In this document: in pieces, positions 46,942 to 56,239 of the stretch | Layout: each line of letters begins with the position of its first letter | Numbering within the stretch: position 1 is the first letter of the stretch | Assembly: GCA_963832785.1 (NCBI GenBank) | Contig: CAWHVF010000011.1 | Coordinates: 80 to 64,079, forward strand | DNA: 64,000 nt | Source: an uncultured Acidobacteriota bacterium | Lineage (GTDB): Bacteria; Acidobacteriota; Terriglobia; Terriglobales; Acidobacteriaceae | Direction of reading: 5' to 3' | Notes under the pieces: model-generated | The model's input: only the letters and a program-made list of their open reading frames with translations | What the model was told of the DNA's origin: nothing | Database searches by the model: none | Position numbers and translations under genes: made by a program

Positions 46942-48098
46942 TGATTCGCCTTAAGAGGCTTGCCAGCCATCATGTTTTCGGCGCAGTCGAGCAGTTCGGC
47001 CACGCTGGGCAGCTCGCCGCACTTGCCGAAGAAGCTGACCCGGCTGCCGGTCGGAGCGCAGCGCTGAACTTCACGTACCAGCTGGCCGTCGTAGTTCAAT
47101 TCGATCGACAGGTAATTGCTCTTGAGCTTGAAGAGTTCGTCGCAGAACGGCCACAGTGAAATCAGCCGGATGCAGCCTATCTTCATGCCGCGTTTGCGCC
47201 CCTGTTTGGCGGCGCTGAGCATGACCCGCGAGGGCGCGCCATAGGCCACCAGCACCACCTCCGGATCATCGTCCATGAACAGCGCCTCGTAGCGCCGGAT
47301 CACATCTTTATGATTCCGCACCTTGTAGATCAGCCGGTAAGCATGCTTGTGCTGCGACTCCACAACCTCTGTGTCGTAGCCTTCTTCGGTGGGAGTCCAA
47401 TCCGAGCAGCAGCCGCCGGTGTTGTGTCCCAGCACAACCGGAGGAACATCGAGAGCGTCAGTGGGCGGATAGAAAACCGGCCCCTGGCAGATCTCCCGAT
47501 CCTTGAACCTGAGCCCCATCTTGTCCATTTCTTCCTTGGTCTCGGGGATCTCAAGGGTTTCCCATCCATCTGTCACCAACTGATCGGCCAGGATGGTGAT
47601 GGGCATGCGGAAGCGCTCCGCCAGATAGAAAGCCTCGACGGTGAGCGCGAATACCTCCTGCACGCTGTTGGGAGCCAGGACGATTGCCTCCAGGTTCCCG
47701 CCGTGAGTCGGATAACGCGAGTTGTAAAACTCTCCCTGTCCGGGGGCGCCGGTGATGCCCGAAACCGGGCCGACGCGCTGCGCATTGACCACCACCAGGG
47801 GGATCTCCGAACCCAGGGCCCAGCCGTAAGGATCGCCATAAAGCACGAAGCCCGGTCCGGAAGTTGCGGTCATGGCTTTCAGTCCGCCGAGGGAAGCGCC
47901 GATGGCGATATGCATGCCGGCCATCTCGTCCTCAGCCTGTATGTAATAGCCGCCGACCTGCGGCAGGACGCGAGACATGTTTTCCGCGATTTCCGTAGCC
48001 GGCGTGATCGGGTACCCGGCAAACACCTTGCAGCCTGCCAGAATGGCGCCTTCCGTGATGGCGCGATTTCCGGTATCGAAGTAACGCTTCATTGGCAT
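46920..48098 (-). CDS. 2-oxoacid:ferredoxin oxidoreductase alpha subunit
   Basis: GNRAITEGAILAGCKVFAGYPITPATEI is the typical N-terminus. 392 aa. Confidence 0.85.
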   Translation of the reverse strand: MPMKRYFDTGNRAITEGAILAGCKVFAGYPITPATEIAENMSRVLPQVGGYYIQAEDEMAGMHIAIGASLGGLKAMTATSGPGFVLYGDPYGWALGSEIPLVVVNAQRVGPVSGITGAPGQGEFYNSRYPTHGGNLEAIVLAPNSVQEVFALTVEAFYLAERFRMPITILADQLVTDGWETLEIPETKEEMDKMGLRFKDREICQGPVFYPPTDALDVPPVVLGHNTGGCCSDWTPTEEGYDTEVVESQHKHAYRLIYKVRNHKDVIRRYEALFMDDDPEVVLVAYGAPSRVMLSAAKQGRKRGMKIGCIRLISLWPFCDELFKLKSNYLSIELNYDGQLVREVQRCAPTGSRVSFFGKCGELPSVAELLDCAENMMAGKPLKANQWEWEVW

Positions 48099-49708
48099 GC
48101 ACCCACTTTCTGCACACTGATGGCAAAGTCAGGACAGGCATAGAAACAGCGCAGGCAGCCGACGCAACGCTCGCCGCCCACCGTCTCCATGGCCTGGTAG
48201 CCGCGGTCGTTGAAAGTCTTGGACTGCTGGAAAATTCCCAGGCCGCAGGCATCTTTGCAATAGCCGCAGGCCTTGCAGGCGGCCAGGTCGACCTCGACCG
48301 AATACGTAATCTGGTCGCATCCCAGGCAGCGGCGAGCCTCACGCCGGGCGGAGTTCGGCGAATAACCTTTTTCCACCAGGCTGAAGCTGTTCAGCCGGGA
48401 AGCGAAGTCAACCGTATCGACGTAGGTGCGCATTTGCCCGGCCGGCGCGGGTTCCTGGCGGGGAGGAGCATCCGGCACCAGTGCTTCGGCGATGATTCCC
48501 TTCCCTCCTAAATACTTGTCTACCGCGGTGGCGGCCTGCCGGCCTTGGGCGATGGCCTGGATGATCGACGCCGGTCCGGTCACCACGTCGCCGGCGGCGA
48601 ATACTCCCGCACGGCTAGTGGCGAAGTTGGCGTCGACCTTGAGCGTGCCTTTGTCGCCGGCAGCCAACGTCAGTTCGGCGGCGCTGCTGAGTTGTCCGAC
48701 GGCGGTGATGACCGTGTCGCAGGGCAAGCTGAACTCGCTCCCGGCTATGGGAATGGGCGCCGGCCGGCCGGATGCATCTTTGCGGCCCAGCTTCATGCGC
48801 ACACAGGTGATCTTGCCTTTGCCCACGTTTACCGGCGCGGCCAGGAATTCGATCTGCACGCCTTCCTCGACGGCCTCGGCCACTTCTTCCGGCTCGGCCG
48901 GCATTTCCGCCCGACTGCGGCGATAAATAAGCGTCACCTCCCTGGCGCCAAGCCGGCGCGCGGTTCTGGCGGCATCGATGGCCGTATTGCCTCCGCCAAT
49001 GACTGCGACATTCGCGCCTATGCGCGGCGGATTGCCGCTGTTAACCTGCCGCAGAAAAGCCAGGCCGTCCAGCGCATTGGCATCGCCTTCCACGTTCATC
49101 TTGGAGGAGAGCCATGTGCCGGTGGCGACCAGCACAGCGTCATGGTCGGAAAGGAGATTTTCCGGGGCGTTCACCCTGGCGTTGGTCTTGATCTCCACTC
49201 CCAGCTCACGAACTGCGTCGATCTCCTGGTCGATAACATCGTTCGGCAAGCGGTATCCGGGGATGGCATAACGCAGCATGCCTCCGGCTTCGGGCAAGGC
49301 TTCGTAGACGGTGACCTTGTGGCCGAATCCGGCAAGGTAGTACGCCGCCGTCAGTCCGCCGGGACCCGAGCCCACGATGGCTACCTTTTTCCCGGTGGAA
49401 CGGGCCGGCTGGACCTTCTGCCTGGAGCTGGCGGTCAGGCCGTACTCGGCGGCCGCCCGCTTCAGTATGCGAATGGCCACCGGTTCGTCGTACTGGGCCC
49501 GCGCGCACTTGCGCTCGCAGGGGTGAACACAGGCATATCCGCAGACCGCCGGAAACGGAATGCTCCGGCGGACAACCGCCAGGGCATCGTCAAAGCGTCC
49601 TTCTCTTATGTATCGGACATAAAGTGGAACGTTCACGCCGGCCGGACAGGCTTCCCGGCAAGGAGCTACATTCGGTTGTTTGTCTTTGCTGTCCACCTTG
49701 GAATCCAC
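48089..49708 (-). CDS. GltD/NfnB-like NAD(P)H flavoprotein fused to a C-terminal 2x[4Fe-4S] ferredoxin (takes the place of the OFOR delta subunit)
   Basis: N-terminal Fe-S Cys pattern (CREACPAG...CGYACVHPCERKC). Two dinucleotide folds (VAIVGSGPGGLTAAYYLA; VAVIGGGNTAIDAART). The C-terminus has CKACGYCKDAC and CVGCLRCFYACP. The start was set at GTG 49706-49708 after AAGGAGAGGAG; the longer ORF overlaps the upstream gene. Confidence 0.75.
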   Translation of the reverse strand: MDSKVDSKDKQPNVAPCREACPAGVNVPLYVRYIREGRFDDALAVVRRSIPFPAVCGYACVHPCERKCARAQYDEPVAIRILKRAAAEYGLTASSRQKVQPARSTGKKVAIVGSGPGGLTAAYYLAGFGHKVTVYEALPEAGGMLRYAIPGYRLPNDVIDQEIDAVRELGVEIKTNARVNAPENLLSDHDAVLVATGTWLSSKMNVEGDANALDGLAFLRQVNSGNPPRIGANVAVIGGGNTAIDAARTARRLGAREVTLIYRRSRAEMPAEPEEVAEAVEEGVQIEFLAAPVNVGKGKITCVRMKLGRKDASGRPAPIPIAGSEFSLPCDTVITAVGQLSSAAELTLAAGDKGTLKVDANFATSRAGVFAAGDVVTGPASIIQAIAQGRQAATAVDKYLGGKGIIAEALVPDAPPRQEPAPAGQMRTYVDTVDFASRLNSFSLVEKGYSPNSARREARRCLGCDQITYSVEVDLAACKACGYCKDACGLGIFQQSKTFNDRGYQAMETVGGERCVGCLRCFYACPDFAISVQKVGACQ

Positions 49709-49790
49709 TCCTCTCCTTTCAATGGTGCGAAATTCTTCCAGAAGAACGGAACAATTTCTTTGAATAGTTTTGGAACCGGTGTATCCGATT

Positions 49791-51560
49791 TCAATTTCCT
49801 CCGCCCGCGGCTGCCGCGCTCTTTTTCGGGGCCTCACCCGAGTCGGCAAAATAAACGGGTGAAACATTGGCGCGCAGAACCTGCAGTTCCCGCTCCGTAG
49901 GCGGAGGCGTGACTCCGACGTTATCGGGAATGATCAACTCGAAGCCGGTGGCGTCCTTGACCTGCTGCACGGTAACGCCGGGATGCAGAGAAACCAGCTT
50001 CATGCGCTTCGAGTCGGGATCGAATCCCAGTATTCCGAGATCTGTGATCACCTTGTCCGGCCCGCCGCCAGTCAAGCCGGCCTCGCGGCGAGAGTTGCCG
50101 CCACTCAAAAAGCCGGGGCTGGTAATGTAATCGACCCGCTCCACGAAGCGGCGCTTTTGCTGTTGCATGATGACCAGTACGCGCTTGGCGCAGGAAGCAA
50201 TTACATTGGCTCCGCCGCTGCCGGGAAAACGCTTCTTGGGCCGGTCATAGTTTCCCAGCGAGGTGGCGTTCAGGTTGCCGTACTTGTCAATCTGGGCGCC
50301 GCCAAGGAATCCCACATCCGCCAGGCCGCGATGAACGACCATGCCCAGCCCTTCCAGGGTGTCGTTCACGAAGGCCGGACGGGCAGCCCCGGTAAGCCGA
50401 AGATCGGCCACCGAGAGCGCGGAGTGCTTGGGCTTTACGTCGCCAATGCCGGTTTCGACGATGTAGTTGCACTCCGGGGCGTGCGTGAGCTTGGCGACCG
50501 TGGTGGCTGCCATCGGCAATCCGGTCCCGGCAACGATGACCTCGCCATTTTTCAGCTCGCGCGCCGCGGCAATGATCATGAGTTCCTTCAGGTTGTACTC
50601 GCCGGGAGCCTTCTCGCCGACCTGCTTTCCGCCGCCGATAAGCTCCGCGATGTAGCCGGAGTATCCCAGGGCCGGATCGATCGCCAGCCGCCGGTAAGTC
50701 TTGGGCGTGCCGGCAATCTCCAGGAACTCTTCGAAATCCTTGACGCCGTAAACGAACCGCTCCAGGTAGGCCTGGAAGCTGGCCGGAGTGCTGGTCGCTT
50801 CCTGATAGGCTTTCAAAGCCTCATAGTCGTAGTCGTAGCAGCCGGGCACGGCCGTGGGATATGCGCCCCATGGACAATGGACGATGGCATCGACGCGAAA
50901 GCCGGGAATGATGGTGCTCTTGGGGTCGTTGCGAACAGCATCATTGCTGATCAACTGTTCGGCCACCAGAATGATCTTGCCGGCAGCTTTGGCTATGTAT
51001 TCATCGGAAAACGCCGTGCCGTCGATCTGGCAGTTTCCCTGCTCATCCACCCGGGGAACGTGTATGACGGCCACATCGGGCCGGCAGGGCGGCAGTAAGA
51101 CGACCTTTTCGCCGTCAAAAGGACTGCTGCCAAGCACGCACTTCTTTCCCGGGGCCACCTGATGGGTAAAAATGTCGGAGCCCAATATCGACTTGGTGGG
51201 AATAAATGGCAGACCCAATGCCCCCGCCAAATAGCGGAAGGTCATGGCTCCATGCTCGTAGTCTTCCGACTTTATGAGGCCCTGCTCCACCGCCCGGCAA
51301 AAATTCTTGGGCAGGCCCAGCCTTTCCATGTTCAGGCAGCCCGATTCCACCTCGCGAACCAGGCCGGCGCCGATCAGAATGTCCACGGAATAGGATGGAT
51401 TGACACTGGATAACTTAAGATTACCGATCTTCTGCCGAATGATTTCGTGAGATACCGCCATGGCATTGCGGCATAGAGAAAAACCGCCAAAGCCAACATG
51501 ACATCCGGGCTTGATGAATCCCTGCACAGCTTGCCGCAGGGACATTAATTTGCTCGCCAA
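49791..51560 (-). CDS. Fused family-I CoA-transferase (GctA-like plus GctB-like halves in one polypeptide)
   Basis: 589 aa. The N-terminal half (LRQAVQGFIKPGCHVGFGGF...) is alpha-type and the C-terminal half (...NYIVETGIGD...) is beta-type. TTG start follows GAGGGGG. Confidence 0.7.
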   Translation of the reverse strand: MASKLMSLRQAVQGFIKPGCHVGFGGFSLCRNAMAVSHEIIRQKIGNLKLSSVNPSYSVDILIGAGLVREVESGCLNMERLGLPKNFCRAVEQGLIKSEDYEHGAMTFRYLAGALGLPFIPTKSILGSDIFTHQVAPGKKCVLGSSPFDGEKVVLLPPCRPDVAVIHVPRVDEQGNCQIDGTAFSDEYIAKAAGKIILVAEQLISNDAVRNDPKSTIIPGFRVDAIVHCPWGAYPTAVPGCYDYDYEALKAYQEATSTPASFQAYLERFVYGVKDFEEFLEIAGTPKTYRRLAIDPALGYSGYIAELIGGGKQVGEKAPGEYNLKELMIIAAARELKNGEVIVAGTGLPMAATTVAKLTHAPECNYIVETGIGDVKPKHSALSVADLRLTGAARPAFVNDTLEGLGMVVHRGLADVGFLGGAQIDKYGNLNATSLGNYDRPKKRFPGSGGANVIASCAKRVLVIMQQQKRRFVERVDYITSPGFLSGGNSRREAGLTGGGPDKVITDLGILGFDPDSKRMKLVSLHPGVTVQQVKDATGFELIIPDNVGVTPPPTERELQVLRANVSPVYFADSGEAPKKSAAAAGGGN

Positions 51561-51574
51561 AATAGACCCCCTCT

Positions 51575-51700
51575 TTGCAAAGGCGCTCTATTAAATAAAT
51601 GTGAGATGTGCACATTATTAAGTCGATTTATATATGCATGTCAATGAAAAATATCTATGAACTAAAAGATATTAATATTGTGCATACTGCCGACCGCGAA
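51575..51700. promoter_or_regulatory. AT-rich promoter/operator region of the CoA-transferase/OFOR operon
   Basis: By eye this is the most AT-rich stretch of the window. It contains the perfect 10-bp palindrome ATGTGCACAT (51606-51615) and the inverted repeat ATATCT-N10-AGATAT (51651-51672). Confidence 0.4.
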
Positions 51701-51865
51701 GGCCTTAATTAAAGGGAAACTCCGGCGTTAGACGTAGGTGGGAATCACGGCGTCGCGGCATCAATAGACGCTTTGGGCGTAACGGGCGGCTTTGGACGAG
51801 TCGATGCCTATCCGCCCGGCGCGACCGGGGCCGCGCCAGGCGGATGGGGCTCTGGCCTGTCTTCC

Positions 51866-53227
51866 TCACTTTACTGCAATCATCAGGTTGGCAGGACCAG
51901 GCAGGCGCACGCGTTTGCATTCGCGGAAGCCGACGCCGCGCAGCCAGGCGTCATATTCGGTTTCGCTGTAGCTGGCCCCGCCCTGCGTGTTCACCAGCAT
52001 GTTCAGCGAGAACAGCACGGCGAAGTTGGGCGAGGTCTTGTCCGGTTCCAGAATAAAGTCCTGCAAGACCAGCCGGCCATTTGGCGCCAGGGCCTGGTAG
52101 GCCCGGCCCAGCAAGTCGCGGTTCTGCTCGGGAGAAAACATGTGGGCGATGGCCGAGAGCAGCACCAAGTCGTAGCCTTGGCCGAAAGTGTCGCTGCGCA
52201 GGTCGCCGGGGCGCGTGCGGATGCGAGCTTCCAAGCCGGCACGGCGAATGTAGTCTTGCGTCAGCGGCAACACCGCTGGCACGTCCAGCAAATCGATTTG
52301 GAGCTGTGGATTGGCCTGGGCGAAGGCAATCGAATACGCCGCCGAGCCGCCGCCCAGGTCCAGCATGCGCCGAAAATCGTTGCCCACGGCCCGCACCACC
52401 TGGGCAGCCCGTTCCTTGGCGTTGCGATCCATGGCGGCGATAAAGGCGCGGGTGGATTCTTCGTCGCGCTCGCCCGAGGGGCTCTTGCCCAGCGGAGCGC
52501 CGCGGCGCACGCACTCGGTCAGCCTGGACCAGGAGTCCCATAGATGGACGTTGTGCATCAGTCCGGGGCGGGCATTGTCTGGCGAGCCGGCGCTGAGGAA
52601 GCGCGCGGTAATGAACGTGTTGCAGAAAGCGCCGTCCTTTTTGCTCAGCAAATTCAGACTGACGAGCACGTTAAGCAACATCTCGGTAGCCCGGGTATCG
52701 GTGCCCAGCTTGGAGGCCAACTGCGCCGCGCTGGCGCCGCTGCCGACGGCGGTAAACACGTCCAGTTCCAGCGCCGTAAGCAGAGCGCGGCTGGACATGA
52801 AACCGCGCAAGATTTCGTGCAGGCTGATGTTGTCGGGCAGAATGCCGGCCTTGTCCCGTGCGGCCAGCATGGCGAAGTATTTCTGCCGATGATCGAGAAT
52901 TTCGGCGCGCAATGCGCTCTCGTCTTTTAACTCCAACCGGGCGACCGGGCGGCCGGCCTTCAGGTGCGAAGCCACGATCTCGGCGACGTCTGCCGGCTTC
53001 ACCTGACCGTACCAGGTGGCATCGGGATAGACGACCATCACCGGGCCGTGATCGCAGGCGCCCAGGCAGCCGGTGGTGCTGACGATGACCTCATCGCTCA
53101 ACCCCTGCTTGCCGAGCTGCTCATAAAGCGCGCCGACCACCTGGCCCGCGCCGGCGGCCGCACATGCGGGAACGTTCTCCGGTTTCTGCTGAGTGCAAAC
53201 GATTACGTGATAACGGAAAGGCTGCAT
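51866..53227 (-). CDS. Fusion of thioredoxin-like [2Fe-2S] ferredoxin and SAM-dependent O-methyltransferase-like domain
   Basis: N-terminus: MQPFRYHVIVCTQQKP...CAAAG...TTGCLGACDHGPVMVVYPD. The middle has a winged-helix dimerisation-like region. The C-terminus has MLDLGGGSAAYS (SAM motif I). Confidence 0.7.
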   Translation of the reverse strand: MQPFRYHVIVCTQQKPENVPACAAAGAGQVVGALYEQLGKQGLSDEVIVSTTGCLGACDHGPVMVVYPDATWYGQVKPADVAEIVASHLKAGRPVARLELKDESALRAEILDHRQKYFAMLAARDKAGILPDNISLHEILRGFMSSRALLTALELDVFTAVGSGASAAQLASKLGTDTRATEMLLNVLVSLNLLSKKDGAFCNTFITARFLSAGSPDNARPGLMHNVHLWDSWSRLTECVRRGAPLGKSPSGERDEESTRAFIAAMDRNAKERAAQVVRAVGNDFRRMLDLGGGSAAYSIAFAQANPQLQIDLLDVPAVLPLTQDYIRRAGLEARIRTRPGDLRSDTFGQGYDLVLLSAIAHMFSPEQNRDLLGRAYQALAPNGRLVLQDFILEPDKTSPNFAVLFSLNMLVNTQGGASYSETEYDAWLRGVGFRECKRVRLPGPANLMIAVK

Positions 53228-53288
53228 GGTTTTTCCCCTGGCAAGATGAAGATATATTTTCGCACCCACAGGAGGCGGCTGAACAGGG

Positions 53289-53738
53289 CTAATTGCGGTC
53301 CAGCCGGGCGCCGCTTCCCCCGTGAACGATGCGCGTGCAGTCGCCCACGACCTGGCGGAAGCGCTCGACCCAGGAGTGTGCGGCGATCACGTGACGGGCC
53401 TGGCCGCGCTCCAGGCGATGGCGAAGATCAGCCTCGGTCAACAGGGTGGAGGCCGGAATCAGTATGGCGCCCAGCTTCAGCGCGGCCAGCATGATCTCCC
53501 AGATGCCGGCCACGTTAGGTAACATTACTATTATCCGGCCTTCGCGCTTGGCTCCCTGCCGGCGCAGGAATTTGCCGCCTCCAAGCAGCTTCGACAAAAA
53601 AAGAGGTCTAAGCTGCTTCGGCATGCATCTGATCAACTGGTGAATGCTGAAAGGGCCAACCATTAGGATTAGGACGTTGCGGGGCCAGTGAACGGAAGTC
53701 GGCGCGCGACTCCTACGGGCAAAGGCAGCTTGAAGCAT
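53289..53738 (-). pseudogene. Remnant of an AMP-dependent acyl-CoA synthetase (N-terminal ~100-150 residues only)
   Basis: KFLRRQGAKREGRIIVMLPNVAGIWEIMLAALKLGAILIPASTLLTEADLRHRLERGQARHVIA is the conserved N-terminal block of acyl-CoA ligases. The ORF stops long before the AMP-binding core. Confidence 0.65.
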
Positions 53739-53888
53739 ACTGTGAAGCGAATGAGTCGGGTGTTGGTTACTTGGTCAAAAAATTGCATCTGGGCACTCTG
53801 GGGCAATAAGCATGCGACCGTGATCCCGATCGTAACCGGGAAAGACACCCACCTGACTGCAAAGCTTTCACCCCAAGCAGGCGACCAA

Positions 53889-54765
53889 CTCTTAGAATCT
53901 GTCCAAAAACTAAGTAGCGCGGCGCAGCAGCAGATGAGCGAAAGCGATGTAGATCATAGCTTCTGCCGAGGTGTGCCGCAGTTCGTAATCTTTACTGAGG
54001 CGGCGGGACCAGTTCAACCAAGCCAAGGTGCGCTCCACAATCCAGCGCTTGGGCAGAACCCGGAAGCGGTGCATCTCATTGCGCTTGACCACCTCAACCT
54101 GGTAGCCGAACATCTGCTTGGCCCAGTCAATCAATTTGCCCGCATAACCACCATCCACCAACACCTTGCGCAGAGTATCGAAACGACAAAACAGCCGCAT
54201 TAACACCGCCCGCGCCCCCACTCGGTCCTGGATGCCGGCCGAGTGTACCACTACCGTCAGCAGATTGCCTTGCGTGTCTACCGCGATGTGCCGCTTGCGT
54301 CCCTTGATCTTTTTGCCCGCATCGTAGCCACGCTGCCCCCTTTTAACACCGTCTTCGCCGATTGCGAATCGAGGATCGCCACCGTGGGCACCGCCTGGCG
54401 TCCCCCGGACTTGCGGCCCTGCTCACGCAAGCTCTTGCTCACCCGCTCCCACATCCCCTCATCCCGCCACGCCCGGAACTGCTCATGCACCGACTTCCAC
54501 GGCGGAAAGTCGCTGGGTAACTGCCGCCACTGACAGCCCGTCTTGACCACATACAGAAGGGCATCCACCACCCGGCGCAGTTCATACTTGCGCGGCCTGC
54601 CTCCGGCATGACGATTCTGGCGAGGTTGGCACAGCAAAGGCTCCAGTCTCCTCCACTGCTGCTCCGTCAAGTCGCTCGGGTACATGCCTCCAAGCTATGG
54701 CTATCGGCCTGCCTCGCATATTCCTTCTCAGGTTCCTTTACGAGTTTCTGGACAGATTCTTAGAG
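53889..54765. mobile_element. IS5-family insertion sequence (two-ORF, frameshift type), about 0.88 kb
   Basis: Imperfect ~23-bp terminal inverted repeats: CTCTTAGAATCTGTCCAAAAACT at 53889-53911, versus the reverse complement of AGTTTCTGGACAGATTCTTAGAG at 54743-54765. They enclose the transposase. Confidence 0.75.
53910..54685 (-). CDS. IS5-family DDE transposase, orfA plus orfB joined by a -1 frameshift in A4G5
   Basis: orfA: [18 protein letters not shown]...[12 protein letters not shown]...[10 protein letters not shown]. orfB, in the -1 frame, reads [35 protein letters not shown]...[23 protein letters not shown]. The overlap contains TTAAAAGGGGG (54336-54344 on the plus strand). Confidence 0.85.
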
Positions 54766-54890
54766 CGGTTTAGGGATTAGTGCGGTTCCGGGGCTATTTT
54801 CGGCTGTGCTAAGACCTATCCATCAGCGTGGGCTCCACCGGTAAAGATCTAGAAACGGTTTCCCTATTCTAGATTTGAGATTTAGAGCAA

Positions 54891-55097
54891 ATGACACCGG
54901 TAGCCCAATCGCCTCACGCTCAACCCCCAACCGGGGCGAAGAGCTTTTGGGGGGAGGTACGCCCGCCAGATGCGAAAGCGCTTGAGCCGATGCGTTGCCC
55001 CAGTTGCCGGAAGCTGCTTGCCAAGTGCGCGGTTCGCGGAATCATCGAAATCGTATGCACCCGGTGTAAAGCCCTCGTAAGGCAAGTATTCACCTAA
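54891..55097 (+). CDS. Com-like zinc-finger protein (phage Mu Com family), tentative
   Basis: The C-terminal 35 aa (MRCPSCRKLLAKCAVRGIIEIVCTRCKALV) have two CxxC pairs flanking an IEI motif, as in Com. The true start may be the internal ATG at 54990. Confidence 0.5.
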   Translation: MTPVAQSPHAQPPTGAKSFWGEVRPPDAKALEPMRCPSCRKLLAKCAVRGIIEIVCTRCKALVRQVFT

Positions 55098-55155
55098 TCC
55101 CAATCCCCAGGTCACAATCTAACACTGAGTGCCACGAGCGCCATTGGAGCAACGA

Positions 55156-55920
55156 ATGGCGTTCACGGTGTTTACTTGCGCTGGGAGCAAACTGCAACCA
55201 GCAACTCAATCCACAGGTGGTTTTTCTCCAAAGCTCTCTTCCGGCTGGCTGGCACGCGCGCGCTCGATAGCTTGCGTGCTGTGCCTGCTCTTGTGTCTTG
55301 GCGCGCCCGCCTTCGGCGACGCAGTACACGCAACACGTATACAGCCTGCCTCCGACTCCATACTTGCCGGGCACGCTGACGTTTATTCTGCGGAGGTTGC
55401 TTCCGGCGTGGTTCGCCTCACCGCCGGAAACAAGCGCGGAACCGGAGTGTGCTTGGACACTCCATGTGCCCACGTGCTGACCAACTATCACGTCACGACT
55501 CTTCTAGGCCGGGGACTTAAGGCGGAAGGAATAGGCATTGTAAAGATCACTGCGGCTACCGGGCCCGGCGACGAGGGCGCGCGCGATGTAGGAAGCTTGC
55601 AGAAGAACTTCACGTTCCGTTACGACCCGGCCAAAGACCTGGCTGTGTTGACGCTCCGCGAGCCGCTGCCTAGACCCTTTCACGGCCTCTCGTTCGCCAC
55701 TTACGGACCGGCAGAAAACCAACGTGTTGTGGGGATTACCTACGATCTTCCACCTGCGCCGCTGCCCGGCCTGGGGCTGGTTTCCGCAGGGCGGGGCCGG
55801 TTGCGCGTCAGCCAAGGCGAGATTCGCGCGCTTCGCGCACAAACCGTCTCCGCGGACAGCCATCCGGCGGTAAACGACGAGAGTTTGCTGTTGACCTTTA
55901 CGTCGAGGCTTCCAAACCGG
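55156..55920 (+). pseudogene. Secreted trypsin-like serine protease, 3'-truncated
   Basis: A signal-like segment (IACVLCLLLCLGAPAFG), His context GTGVCLDTPCAHVLTNYHV and Asp context DLAVL are present. The Ser-containing part is missing. The reading frame runs into the antisense of the anmK remnant at about 55915. Confidence 0.45.
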
Positions 55921-56239
55921 AGGGGATATGCCACAGGGTCTGGCCGTGGCACCCAATCAAATCTACATCCTGCGGTTTCAGCCCGGCGGCGGTAATCACC
56001 GACAGCGCCGCGCGCCCAAAAGCCTCACCCAGCGCAAAATTCAAAGCGCACAGCCGGTCTACCGTGCCTGTTTCGGGCCGGAAACCGGCGAAGATCGCCT
56101 CCTTGAGCTCGTGGGCATGCTCCAGGTGAATGTGCTTTTCCAGCTTCCACTGCAGGGCCGGGGGCTGCCCTTCCAGGCGCACCAGGGCGGCATCGATCCC
56201 ATCCGCGGACGTTCCCGACATTAATCCGATTACGCGCAT
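55898..56239 (-). pseudogene. anmK: Anhydro-N-acetylmuramic acid kinase, N-terminal ~110 residues only
   Basis: MRVIGLMSGTSADGIDAALVRLEG...DLIGCHGQTLWHIP is the canonical AnmK N-terminus. The ORF then terminates, whereas full-length enzymes are about three times longer. Confidence 0.75.
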
